Source: Tubiluchus corallicola (taxonomy: Eukaryota; Animalia; Priapulida). From it: a DNA stretch of 64,000 nt. How positions within the stretch are numbered: the first letter of the stretch is position 1; every line of letters starts with the position of its first letter. The stretch covers positions 1,922,001 through 1,986,000 of the forward strand of contig JAQGDQ010000003.1 in assembly GCA_030141605.1 (NCBI GenBank). Direction: 5' to 3'. The notes under the pieces were generated by a model, which worked only from the letters and a program-made list of their open reading frames with translations, was not told where the DNA came from and did not search any database. Position numbers and translations under genes: made by a program. Of this stretch, positions 24,601 to 36,031 are shown in pieces.

Positions 24601-27145
24601 ACTATACAAGACTTGAAAAGGCACTCTATCCATAAAAGGAAAGAAATCACCGAGTTGGACAGAAGCATTGAAAATTGCTCTACATTTAACTTGGCAAAAT
24701 GAATGTCAACAATAATAACCATTTCTTGAACTGTAGGTTTAACAGTTATGTGAGAATTAAGAACTTATTTACACACTTATTTAAGAACTTATATACATGC
24801 TTATCAAAAAAGTTATCTGTATAACCATTTCCAGAACATAATATATTTCTAAGTTCTAAAAGTTAATTACGTAAATATCACATAATTTGCACAAATCTGA
24901 TGAGTCCTATTTAGTAATGTAAAAACTAAGCTGTATTTCTAGGTCATGGGAATAAAACTGTTCGAATATACACTCTTTAAGGTTTGCGATATAGAGATGT
25001 TACAAAGAAATCACACTTTCTCAATACAGACATCTAGGAAATTGATCTTATTTTCTGTTTCCAGCTGGCCAGTAAATTACACATTAGGGTGTTGTTCAGA
25101 TATTCACAAAAACTTTCCAAATCATGTTGTTTTCTAAAAAGCAAAAACGTATCAACAACATAATTTTTCTTGTGAAGAAGTGGTTTAAAATGCATAGAGC
25201 AATTTCTTAAGAGAGTTATTCACGATGTGAGAGAAACACATTAGCCAAAGCAGATTTTAAAGGTGATCTCATTGCAACCCATTTATCTGTTTAAATAATT
25301 TTCGTTAAAATAGGCAAACTGTGTCTACTAAGCCCTGCAACTTTGGTACATGATTCAAGAACTTTATCGAGATACATGCCAATCGTTTCACCTAGTGAAA
25401 TATTGATAAATAGTGACTCATGTCTACACTGCCAATAATAAGTGTAGACTTAAAGATCTGAAATTTCTTTTGCAAATGAAGAGGAATGGTTAACCACAAA
25501 TTCATTAGAAGTAATAAGCCTTAATATATCAATTAAAAATGTTGCCATTCCATAATCAGGCGTTCTATTTGTTGACTTTATAAATCTTGTGATCCATTTC
25601 GGATATAGGATAGTAGGATAGTGTAGAATACCAGGTCTTGATCCACAACGATTCAGCTTCTTATACACATCTCATATTTTGCCACACAGTTTCAAATTGT
25701 TCATAAAATAAGCGATTTTCTTTCAATAAAATTAAACTCTTTACACTTGCAAAAGTTCATCAGTAGAAATTCAAACCTGTCTTATAAAATGTCGTCCATT
25801 TTCCGTACATAATCAACCTTGTCCAAGACCACAACCAAATTACTTTGTCACTTATAAAAAAAACCAAGTGTTTATTGTCTACTACAGATTATAAAGCTGT
25901 AAAGGTTTCAATGTCAAAATGTCCTAAAACCCACATCATAATTTTATTGTGTACTTATGAAAGACTCTTACCATGCTTTTGCAACATTGACCTTCTCGAT
26001 TTCCCTTCTATTCAACTTATTGAAATGGATAGCAGCCATCCTACAAAACATTACAAGATTGCAGAAAATGCATTAAACAACTAAAGCTTTTGTTTTCCTA
26101 TATCCATATACATGCACACCTATTTATTAATTGCTACATTAGAAGCTGCTGTTGTTGCTGTTGATGTGCACTCTTACCTAACGTTGCTCATGTTCATTTC
26201 TATTTATGTCAGCATTATTATTTAAAATATGCCTATTCAATTTTTATTGCCTATATACTGGGATACAATGGAACAAACACACAATTAACTAAATTATGAT
26301 ACCAAACTTGAAGGACAGTAAAGATGAAAAAGCTGGGACATAACACAAGGCAGATGCCTTACGCCACTCGGCTTTTGTATCTCTTAGTGGTCTAGGCTGC
26401 AAATGCAAAGTTCATCTTTGCAGCTGGCAACCGAATTCTACATCTTCAATGTTAGATCACACACACACAAATGACCGTAACTAATTAAATAATTTTATTC
26501 TGATTAATTTTGAGCCTAAAATTTCTTACTTATCTTCAAGATTATTATTAATAACGGAATAAACCCACAATTACTGATAACAATGGAAGAATACTATTGC
26601 TAAGAACCTGTTTCACCTGTTGCTAAGAATTGAAGGTAGACATTAAATTTTGCTGGCTGTAAATATCATTTCTTGCACATGTTGGTATAATACAAACCGA
26701 AATATAGGACCCAGCCCACCACAAAGGTGGAGTGATTAGGGTGGCCACATAACCTAGCTTACTAAAAAGAATAATCTTCTAAGATGAGACATGCCAGAGC
26801 TATCGGATTTGTACATACAGTCCTCAACAAAAGAAATAAGTGAAGGTACAATGACATAAAACCACGCAAAAGCAGTCTTTCCAGTAACCAGTCATCCAAT
26901 TACCGATCACTACTTGCCTAACTTTGCTTTTGCAACCACACATGCTACAGCCACTCAGTTTTTCCCTCGCATTCAGTTCTAAATATACATTAAAGTAAAA
27001 CTGATATTTTAATCAATTCATTCTGGCTCAAACTTAGCTTCTTCAGGTGCAGAAGAGTTCATATTAGGATACTTTATTAATATTGCTCATACCAGATAAT
27101 TCCGAATTTTCCTTCTTTCTTCAATAAGTTTTGTGAATAAAACAT
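9514..27145 (-). CDS. REC8: Meiotic cohesin kleisin REC8 (Rad21/Rec8 family), complete, 18 coding exons, 731 aa
   Basis: Exons in transcription order: 27093-27145, 25972-26040, 23546-23682, 23030-23114, 21555-21672, 20989-21115, 20444-20520, 20103-20230, 19749-19947, 19108-19278, 16635-16713, 16312-16463, 15682-15952, 15474-15540, 15150-15235, 12929-13112 (or 13106), 10560-10669, 9514-9596. All GT-AG, phases match, total 2196 nt. N-terminus MFYSQNLLKKEGKFGIIWMAA...ERLSLYLSSQLMYGVVKI has the REC8-type SLYLS, not the RAD21-type LRTSGHLL. Central RKRRALAFADENIKISSHELQEQL; C-terminal winged helix FRELVPP...QAAKIFYKMLVLLKKGKVKARQEDGLNFSDIYF. Confidence 0.92.
9739..10488. mobile_element. Tc1/mariner-pogo (Tigger-like) MITE in the last REC8 intron
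   Basis: Left end CGGTCAAGCTCGGATATAAGG; right end reverse-complements to CAGTCAACCTCGGGTATAAGG and is followed by TA. Internal CCTTATA repeats. Confidence 0.75.
12488..12879. repeat. Near-perfect 196-bp tandem duplication
   Basis: 12488-12683 and 12684-12879 are identical except one C/T difference seen by eye (ACACTC vs ACATTC). Confidence 0.95.
13650..14318. mobile_element. hAT-type non-autonomous element carrying a (CT)n microsatellite
   Basis: TIRs CAGTGGCGGCT / AGCCACCACTG. 8-bp flanks GTCATTCC (13642-13649) and GTCGTTCC (14319-14326) fit a hAT target-site duplication with one mismatch. Confidence 0.8.
13945..14038. repeat. (CT)n microsatellite
   Basis: Direct reading; source of the poly-RE and poly-LS ORFs. 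Confidence 0.95.
17415..18549. mobile_element. Foldback-like non-autonomous element with repetitive inverted arms
   Basis: Left CTACACCATTATGCAGAGTATT versus right AATACTGTGCAAAATGGTGTAG. Subterminal units TTTCATTTTTCTACAATACATTTC on the left mirror GAAATACATTGTAGAAAAATGAAAT on the right. Confidence 0.7.
18622..18728. repeat. (CA)n/(TA)n compound microsatellite
   Basis: Direct reading. Confidence 0.9.
25150..25880 (-). mobile_element. Degenerate Penelope-like retroelement reverse transcriptase fragment in REC8 intron 2
   Basis: Frameshifted minus-strand peptides VVLDKVDYVRKMDD, GSRPGIL...TPDYGMATFLIDILRLITSNEFVVNHSSSFAKEI, ESLFINISLGETI and an AMRSPL...LANVFL block follow the Penelope RT motif order (DVESLFTNIP; GVAMGSPLGPTLAN). 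Confidence 0.75.
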
Positions 27146-27435
27146 CTTCTAAGCAGAATGACAGTACCTAAAATTGACACCGATTGCCACTCATCAGATA
27201 ATCTGAAAACATACCAAATTATATTAATACTGTATCATATCACAACATTTTGCAATGAGTTTTCGAAACTTTCTACAGGTACAGTGACACTCCTTTATTT
27301 ATAAATACGAACACATTTTGTAAGAACAGTAGTTTCTATGGCTACAAAAAGCACTGGTAACAACATGTGTACCATTGCTTATATACATACACATACATGT
27401 ATATATATATATAATATTATATGTTATTTTATATA

Positions 27436-28310
27436 CAGTAGGCGCCATTTACTAGACTCACAGTTAATATAATCAGTGGCCTAATTGACTCAAAAACATC
27501 TGGAACAGGCCGCTCCTATTCAAATGTATATAAAAGCTGTCGATAATTGACTCCAATAACTCCGCATAATTGACTCAATATTTTTCCTTCACGTACTTGT
27601 AAGACACTTGTGTGTGCCTTTACTGCTTAGAGCTTTTACTGCTTTTACGTCATTTTAAGGTCGATTTTGTGCACTACATGTCATGCGGAAACAGTCATGC
27701 TGAGTACAGCTTTGTTTGTAAGCAGGTCCAATGTGTTTATCATACACGTTAATATGTTGGCGTAGCGGTTTTGCTCTGAATCTGTCACTCATTTGTCCCC
27801 TGCCGTTAACCATGTTGTTTCTGGAAGCTAAACATTTAATCACTTGCCCAGTGGTTTGTTTTTGAAGTTCCCGCTGCTTTTTACGGGGCAACAATGTCAT
27901 CAAAAACGGCAGCTCAAGGTGACTAGGTGTTTTGCATGAATATGTGCACTGCACAGAAACAGATTTATCATTATGAGAAACTCATAAACCCACTTCTTCA
28001 TGAAGAAATGAAGCACCTGACCTTGCACAAACTTTTATAGTTTTTAGTGATAATGATCAGATTTGTGCAATTTTCAATTTGCTTTTTATTAATTCACTTA
28101 TACAAATTGGTATTCTTAAATAATTACACATAGGAATTTTGACATTAATTCGTTTCTAAATTCATTTAACGCCTTTGCAATACATACTAAGGTGATGAGT
28201 CATGATCTAAATACTAGTAATCAGCTACGCACATCGGCTAATTGAATCAGTCGATTAATTGGGTCAGAATGTTTCCATCCCAAAGTGAGTCTATTAAGCG
28301 GCACCTACTA
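27436..28310. mobile_element. pogo/Tigger-like MITE just upstream of the REC8 start exon
   Basis: TA-CAGTAGGCGCCATTTACTAGACTCAC on the left and GTGAGTCTATTAAGCGGCACCTACTA-TA on the right form imperfect TIRs with TA flanks. Subterminal TAATTGACTC repeats. Confidence 0.75.
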
Positions 28311-28777
28311 TAAAAAAGCTCGATAACACGTAAAAATGCTTAATTTTCAATTTCAATACACATGTGTGCATGTGTACACGTATGCATGTGTATAAAGAAC
28401 AATAAACAGCAATATCAGGATAAGAAAATTCAGTAGTACCCAAAAACTGCCTTATAGTACAATGTTTTAGGAGCCACTGCCATTAATAGAAGATGATAGA
28501 AGACAAGTCAAAAGAGCAAGCCTAGCAGAAATTCTAGCGGGTCTTGGCACACCATCCAGACCACACCTGTTGGATGCACCCTAAAGGATTTTGTGCAGTG
28601 GTATTTCCCCTTGAGATTACAATGAATAAGAAGGTAGAGATTTACTATTAACTGGTGCATTTCAGTCATGATCTATAATTGTAACCAATAAATGGACAAC
28701 AAAATCCCCATCTAGAAGTTGAATCCTGAGGTATAATACTTACCAAGTCTGAGCAGTAATCAGGAGTCATAAGATTT

Positions 28778-28890
28778 ATTTCCTAACCTTATGCAGCTTT
28801 TTGTCATTCATGTACTATGCCTTTGTGAAGATTTCCTAACCTTATGGAGCTTTTTGTCATTCATGTACTATGCCTTTGTGAAGATTTCCT
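28778..28890. repeat. 53-bp tandem duplication
   Basis: ATTTCCTAACCTTATG(C/G)AGCTTTTTGTCATTCATGTACTATGCCTTTGTGAAG twice, plus a partial third start. Confidence 0.9.
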
Positions 28891-29559
28891 TTAAGATCAA
28901 TTAAAGTTCCTAAACTAAGCAAAATCAATGATTAGCAACAAAATGTGTCACTGGGATTTATACATTTTTTGCTATGTTTGTAACTACATATTGATATTAT
29001 TCTGGGTTTCAGGAAAGCTGAGAGGAAGGACGCAGTTCCATGGCAACCTGTGGTCGGTGGCAAGGGCAATGGCAAAATCAGTGCACTCCTGATTATTTGA
29101 AGACAAGAAAGAAGCCGAGTAAGTACAAGTCTTTTTAATTTATCTTTTATACAAAAAACTAATGTTTTAATTTTCTTGATCTTGTCTAACAATTTTTGTA
29201 CATCTTACAACACTGAACCAGTCAAGCAGTCTTTCAACTACATTCCACCTGGAAATGTGCTGTGTGATATCATGACACTAAAGACTAAATATTATCAATA
29301 AACTCTAATGAAAAATGAAGCAGATAAAGCAAAACAAAAAAGTTTTTGAGTTAACATAAACTACAGTTCTTTAACAGATTTAGTGAATAATGGTACATAA
29401 AATAGATTTTGCCAATAATGCGTGAATTTGTCAACTTATTAACATAAACAACAACATTACATTAGATTATGTATATTTTAGAGAGACCAAGAAAGCCGCA
29501 GCTTATAGCCAACTGCTGGCCAATTCAGTAATAATCAACACAGATCATACTACAACGCT

Positions 29560-29950
29560 CCACAGTAACAAATCTTCTTGAATGCCTTAATGAGTGGTTT
29601 CAGTTCTTTGATGACCCTTCTCCCCCATCAATATTCTATATATTGATTTAAGAAAGCATTTGATTCCGTTCCTCTTCGCCGTCTCATGTTGGAAATAGAA
29701 TTTGCAGGTATACAAGGGAAGCTACTCAAGTGATTTACGTGGACACAATTCTCAATTATTTGTACAATACTCTCGCACTAATATCAGAGCTCATTTCTTC
29801 TCGTGTTGTGGGCCCCTGGAACTCACTTAATAGTGAAACAGCTGAAGCACCAAATCTGCCGCAATTTCGCAAATTGTTGAGAGACCGTCAATACCCGTGT
29901 TATGGTTAGGTCTCTTAGACTTCGCAAGCAAGCTAGTAGTATCTGCAAAT
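29560..29950 (+). mobile_element. CR1/L2-group LINE remnant, internally deleted
   Basis: Frameshifted YID-KAFDSVPLRRLMLEIEFAGIQGKLLK, followed closely by the ORF2-end motif SSRVVGPWNSL. Confidence 0.7.
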
Positions 29951-30368
29951 AGTATTAAGTCTAATGCACGTGAAATGTTATGTAAATCATTAACATAACA
30001 CGTGAAATGTTAGAATCATTAACATATGTTAACATAAAATAATACAGCATGGTTTTACTTTTCCAAGCAATAGCTCACAACATTACGCTACGCAAAACTA
30101 GCACGTTACAATTTATAAATTTACTTACGACTTTTTTCGTTCCGACGTCGCCCCAAGCCCCACGTGATGCGCAACATGATGCGCAGTTTCAACAACAGCC
30201 AATCATATTTCACTTGCTCTTGCTCTTGTTTCAACTTCAAGTCGTTTTGTTGCATGCCTGCAACGAACATCACAGTACAATGTGAGTAACAAGTTAACAA
30301 CGGGGGGGGGGAGATACAAAAGCAGTGAATATAATACAGAGCAATTTATTGCATAAAATATTACTTAC

Positions 30369-30540
30369 GCGACTGAGAATTCATCATGCTTTCCAATACT
30401 AATTTTAGTGTAGAAAGCTTGTGAATCTCAAGCTGCCTAAAACCTTGAGAGGCATGTATGGCTGGAGCAGATCGAAGTGAATGACCTGGAAATTCACCAA
30501 ACTTCAGTCCTGCTGAACACACTGGGGTTATTCTTAAAGG
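30369..30540 (-). mobile_element. Possible DIRS/Ngaro-type tyrosine recombinase remnant
   Basis: Open frame SAGLKFGEFPGHSLRSAPAIHASQGFRQLEIHKL resembles the recombinase box AGLxxxxYSGHSFRIGAAxxAxxxGxxxxxIxxL. The following GRW and catalytic Tyr are absent. Confidence 0.45.
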
Positions 30541-32807
30541 GAAGCTTAGATAGAATTCTATTCATCGATAAAAGATGAAATTGTGAAACATCTACAAGAT
30601 GTATTGAAGGATCTTCTATCCGACATACATTACTTTGTGTCTTTTGGTCATTAATAAGCGGTAAGCATGTGAACTCGAACCTAAAATTATGGATTCCAAT
30701 AATTCAGCACTTCAACTACACACGTTCTTTATCATAAAAATGTTTAAAACATCATGCAATATTGCAAAGCACAAATTAGTTGCGATTTCTGTGCACAGTT
30801 CTTAAAACAAAACCGGACCCTATCTTAAACTGTAGGTCAAAACAACTAGCTCTTTAAAATATTAGAAGAAAACACAATATTTTTTTTCAAAAATGACTTA
30901 TGTGAAACACTTATCACCACATTTCCCATTTGCGCTCACTGGCATTAACGCCTGCATTTTGGAAATGCGTTTCACAAAAAACAAGTGCTAGACCTATCAG
31001 TTCAGACCTGCCGAATTTTAAGACACTGTACTTCAATTTTCGCTTTTGCAAACACGTACAACACGCTCATGGAATGTTTGTGCTGTTAAAAATTACGTTC
31101 GTTTGTGATGTCATCAATATGTTGGGCTCGCGTGCCGTTAATTAAGATTTTAACCTATCATTTAATTATCAGAAATACTTTTGCAGTATTATTCGTATTA
31201 AAATGTATACTTTTTACCAGACTTGAAAATGGGGTCGTATACGAAAAATAATCCCGTCTTCCTCTAAACAATTATTGCTGTTTTTACTACAGAACAAAAT
31301 CTAGTCATATGCAGGATTTTTGTGACCGCTTTTTGCTAGTGGCTCGAAAATCTTTAAAATTGAATTCGATTCCGATTCAAAAATGTTGAAATTCGGTTTC
31401 ATTCTAATCCGGAATTCACAAATTCGATTCAAATTCGCTTACTAGTAACGATTTTCTCAAACCTATCAGTCATAGCCTTCAATATTGCAGGTTGTAAGAA
31501 ACACGCGAGGCTTCCACATTAAATATTAAGGGTGTGATACATTCACTGAGCAATATTTGGTATAATAAATTAATGGTTGTGTATTTCACTCGTTGTTTTG
31601 TATAGGTAGAATAGGTAGAATTCAGCACATGCAAAAAACAGTATGTGTTAGTTGAGCCTCATGTCAAAATACCAACCAACATTATTGTTTGGGCCAGCGC
31701 CCTGATGATCTCTAATAAATGGCGCTAGTTTTGGCCTGCAGTATATCATACACAGTGCATAAAAATTGAAAGAAAGCAATGTTATATTAGGGACGTTAAT
31801 GTACATCAAAAAATCATCTGGCAGTGTAATCTCTGATAGAACAAAATTCTACAACCTCTACTTGCTGGCAAATCTCAGAAGAGTAAGCATTTAAAAACGG
31901 CCAAACATAACAATGTAATGACACCATTATCGCCTGCTTATAGCTTCACTATGCACCAATGGCCGTGTAAAACAAGTGCGGTTTAATGAACTTTTATTTC
32001 GGCACCTTTTATTTGTGTTGAACATTTTTTGTGCACCGTTATTCCTCATGCTCGATGAACAAGAACGTCGTCTAGCTGTCTATAATAGGTCTTCTAAAAA
32101 ATTTTGATCAGCTTAATTTTATTGAGTACTGAATATCAGAAATACTGTATCAACAAGAAAGCTTTCTATCTGCTCATGTAGATTTAAAAAATGTCAGCGC
32201 CGCTTGATAACAAAGAAAGAAGCTCGGAGGGAGCCTGCGGCGCGAAGCCGGCTTTTACTGCAGTCGCTAACTGGCACTCTACTAGCTGTCTGTGCAGAAC
32301 GTCGACGAAGTGTTGAAAATTAAATTCTGGTGATCTTCTGAATCTTGTGCGCAATAGTCATAATGTTATTACAAACGAGGAGTCACATTAGAAACTTCTG
32401 GGACTGGTTGATTTTGTTCATTTCGTTTTAGGTAAATTCATGCTGCACAATTTTGGTTTTCCACGTATATGAACATATATTTTCCACGTACATTATTTTG
32501 GATCTCGTTAGACAATGGTGCGCGTAGTGCCGCGTTTTGCAATATAATAAGCGCTCACAAATATATCATTCTTAGTTTGTGAAACAATATTAACAAAATA
32601 TTAGATATGCAAGAAATGAACTGTTTACTTTGAATGGTTGCGGAACTGGGTCGAGATTCGATAGAAACGTGCATCCCAGCTTGGCTTGTTTCAGAGAATC
32701 AGCGGTTTTTTTCTGCTTAACAAAAGAAGTTATTGATCAAATTCTTGAAAACTGCGGAAAAGCCTGAACGCTATGGGACTTGATTAATAACTCAGCGGAA
32801 TGCGGAT

Positions 32808-35800
32808 ATGACTTCTTATAGATGCGAGATGGTTATATGGGCAGTGATTATGTTGATTTTGCTTTTATGTTCAGGTAAATAAATCCGCGTATTGTGTCTT
32901 TGTGACAGTTGTTACAGTTACGAATAAATCATAGTAATACAAGCTCATGCAAAAGAAACGTTATGAACAAGAAATATCATTATCATCTTCTTCATCATAA
33001 TCATTGACATCACCATTCATCAGATAATGTTCTTTTATGTCTCTTACACTCATTAAAGTTATTTAATCTTCATAAAATCGTTATTGAATCTATCACCCAT
33101 TGCAACAGCTTTAGCACTAGCAACTGCGATAGTATCATTACCATCATTTTTTCGTCTCCTCTTTATTCTTCTTTCGTTTGCAATATCATTAGTATTGAAA
33201 TCATCGATGATATCCTCAGATCATCACTAACAGCAGCAGCATTACTATTGTTACACACTTTTTTTATCATTGTTGTGTAACTTCCGCTGCTACCACCATT
33301 GTCATTGTCTATATTGACACCGTCATTGGTTTATAGATCATCTTTTATCATTATGCCCTACTTTTTCTTCTTCCTTTAGGCTCAGATCAGTCAGTGCCAC
33401 TTTTGAGAACAGCACAATTAATGACAGCGATTCGTTATTATTTAAAATTTATGGCACTAGCACACTTTGTTTATTGTAAACATTGAACAATCATCAAGGC
33501 TGTAATAATAGCCCACGAGTTTTACGATCGCTAATATTTCTGTGCCACACGGTGCCTGGAACAAATTCAGTTTTCAACAGTGACGTTGCCGGATTAAAAG
33601 CAAGAAAGCAAACTGTTTTCAACAGTACACAGTTTGTCTGTCTAGCCTTAAGCCTTTAACATGCTTTTTGGTCTATTTTCATTGCCACGTACCGCGTTCT
33701 GTTGTATGTTTATCCATGGACGTAAATCTTAATTCAATTGCATTTAATACCAGTTATTGGTTAACTAAGCCTTAACTAATTGATAGAATTGTGACTCTGC
33801 TAAGGGAGCATGCAATTTAATTAAGAGCTAATCAGCTATAAAATAAATGTTAGTCATCACTTTTTGAAACACGTGAAATTCAATACCAAAATAGAATATT
33901 GGTAATAGCACAATAACCTTTTGCCAGGTCATTTACAGCACAAAAAAGAAAACAAAAAACATACCATTGAGTAACCTAATTGCTGTAAAATGAAAACGAA
34001 GAACACTCATGTAATGTGCTGATTTTTACACGTTTTTCGGTTAACAACCTTCCAGCTAGTTAGCTAGCTTCTCGTATTACGTCCATACAAGACGTCGGAA
34101 GGGTCCACTGTGCTGGACATACAGCCGTACTAGAGCCCTCACTCTAGCCGTAGTACAAAAAGTAATTACAGAGCCATATCACTTGCTTCATGTTTGATTA
34201 AAATTCTTGACTGGATATTGCTAAACAGGTTTCATTTATTACTGTCTAGTTCTGAATTGCAGTTTGCTTATAAGAAAAATTCGTCCACTGATATTTGTAA
34301 TTTACTATTCAAGGATACTGTTAAATATTTCATGAACAAAATACGCCTGTGTATTACTGTTTAATTGATTTTTCAAAAGCATTTGCTAAAATTAATGTTA
34401 TTACGTTGTTTACAAAACTTGAAAAGAAAAAAATAGCATGCCTTATTCTCCTTAGTCATTGTTACGCAGTGTTTATGTAAATCAGAAAATAAAGTTCCGT
34501 GGAATGGAACAAATTCTGGCGTAAGACAGGGTAGTGTATTGTCTGGTGTCCTCTTTTCAAATATACATTGATGAAATGCTGACAAAATTGAAAAATAAGA
34601 AAATTAGTTGCCACCTTTTAAATTCGTTTACTGGTACGTTAGGTTATGCTGATGACGTAACCCTATTGGCTCCCTCCTTAACAGGCTTAAAAATCATTTT
34701 GGATATTTGTATAGACTTTGCTGAAAAACATGACATGTTGATCAGTTTGGAAAAATCAAAATGTATTCTATTTAGAAAACACCAGCGATACAATATCCTG
34801 AGTATTATTGTTAATGGAACTAGATTAAAATGGTATAATGAAGTTGTTCACCTAAGTCTTACGGCATTGTCTTAACTACTGTTTGGATCAAAATGCTGAC
34901 TCTGCGTTGCAAGCAAGATTTTATTAAATCTGTAAATTCAATGTTGCGTTATTTTTCTGGTGAGAGGGTATTGCTACAGTTGTTCTTTTCGTATTGTTTT
35001 GGATTTTATGGTGGTAGTATTTTCTGCCTAACTGACCGTTACATTAAATGAATAGCGGTGAATAGAAAATCTTCGCGAATTTTATGTATTCCCTACAACA
35101 ACAAATTCAGATATAACACGTTGCATAGCCGAAACTGTATCCCTTATTAACATTTTTTGTAGAGGACATTAAAGATGTACAAACGCGTCAGTTAAACTAA
35201 TAACAAAATTCTCTTGTCACGGAAGATTCTGAATGATCATTCAAGTATAACAACACTAGGAGAAAATAGAATTTTTTGTGAAAGTAAAGAAATGAATTTA
35301 AATTATACCGCAGAAGAAACTCTAAGTTATGAAATTTACTGGTTTAATCAACGTGAATTAAATACTTAAGGTTTCACTCGAAATGAACTTAATGAGATAC
35401 TTTTATATTTACTAACTAACTAATTCAAAATTGTATGTATGGTTTATTTTTTGTATATATTTCTATTGTTATTAATTATCTATATCCACATTTATTGTGT
35501 ACTGCATTAATTTGCGAAATAAATTATATATCTATTGGAAATATATAAAGACAGAGACAAATCTTCCCTCTCACTGCGCACGCCACACATCCTTCAATAA
35601 CTGCGTTTTACCAGCAAAGCCACGTTCGCTTATCATGTTCCTTGTCAAATAATGAGCACAACTTAATGGAAATAAATTGGAAGCTGCGGAATTCAATAAA
35701 AACTCTTGGGACTGAGCGTGATCTATGGGGTACGTTGAACTGCCTTTTATATAAGATTGCATAAAACCGAAAAAGCGGCATCATTCACATATGACTACGC

Positions 35801-35987
35801 ATGCGTGGAAATGTGACTATGGACTTCTGGTAATCTTCTGACCGAACCCTGGTTGCCGTGCTTTTGTCTTTTATAGGTTAGAGATTAAAATTCGATTAGT
35901 CCGCTATTAATCTACGAAAATGAGACAAATGCTAAGCGTACATTCCAATAACGCGCAAAGAGTTTCGTCATTGTTGTGCTGCTACAA

Positions 35988-36031
<44 letters not shown>

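Noticed and set aside
24384-24722. ORF containing MYSQEL, resembling a kleisin start
   Set aside because: The full MFYSQNLL...GIIW start is at 27145; the similarity here ends after six residues.
26870-26930. Faint resemblance to antisense 5S rRNA or a 5S-derived SINE
   Set aside because: Too short and degenerate to support an RNA gene.
33381-33487. Strong acceptor followed by a short in-phase frame in intron 1 of the GPI-protein gene
   Set aside because: No Cys pattern or nearby poly(A) signal noted; cannot be told from chance without transcripts.
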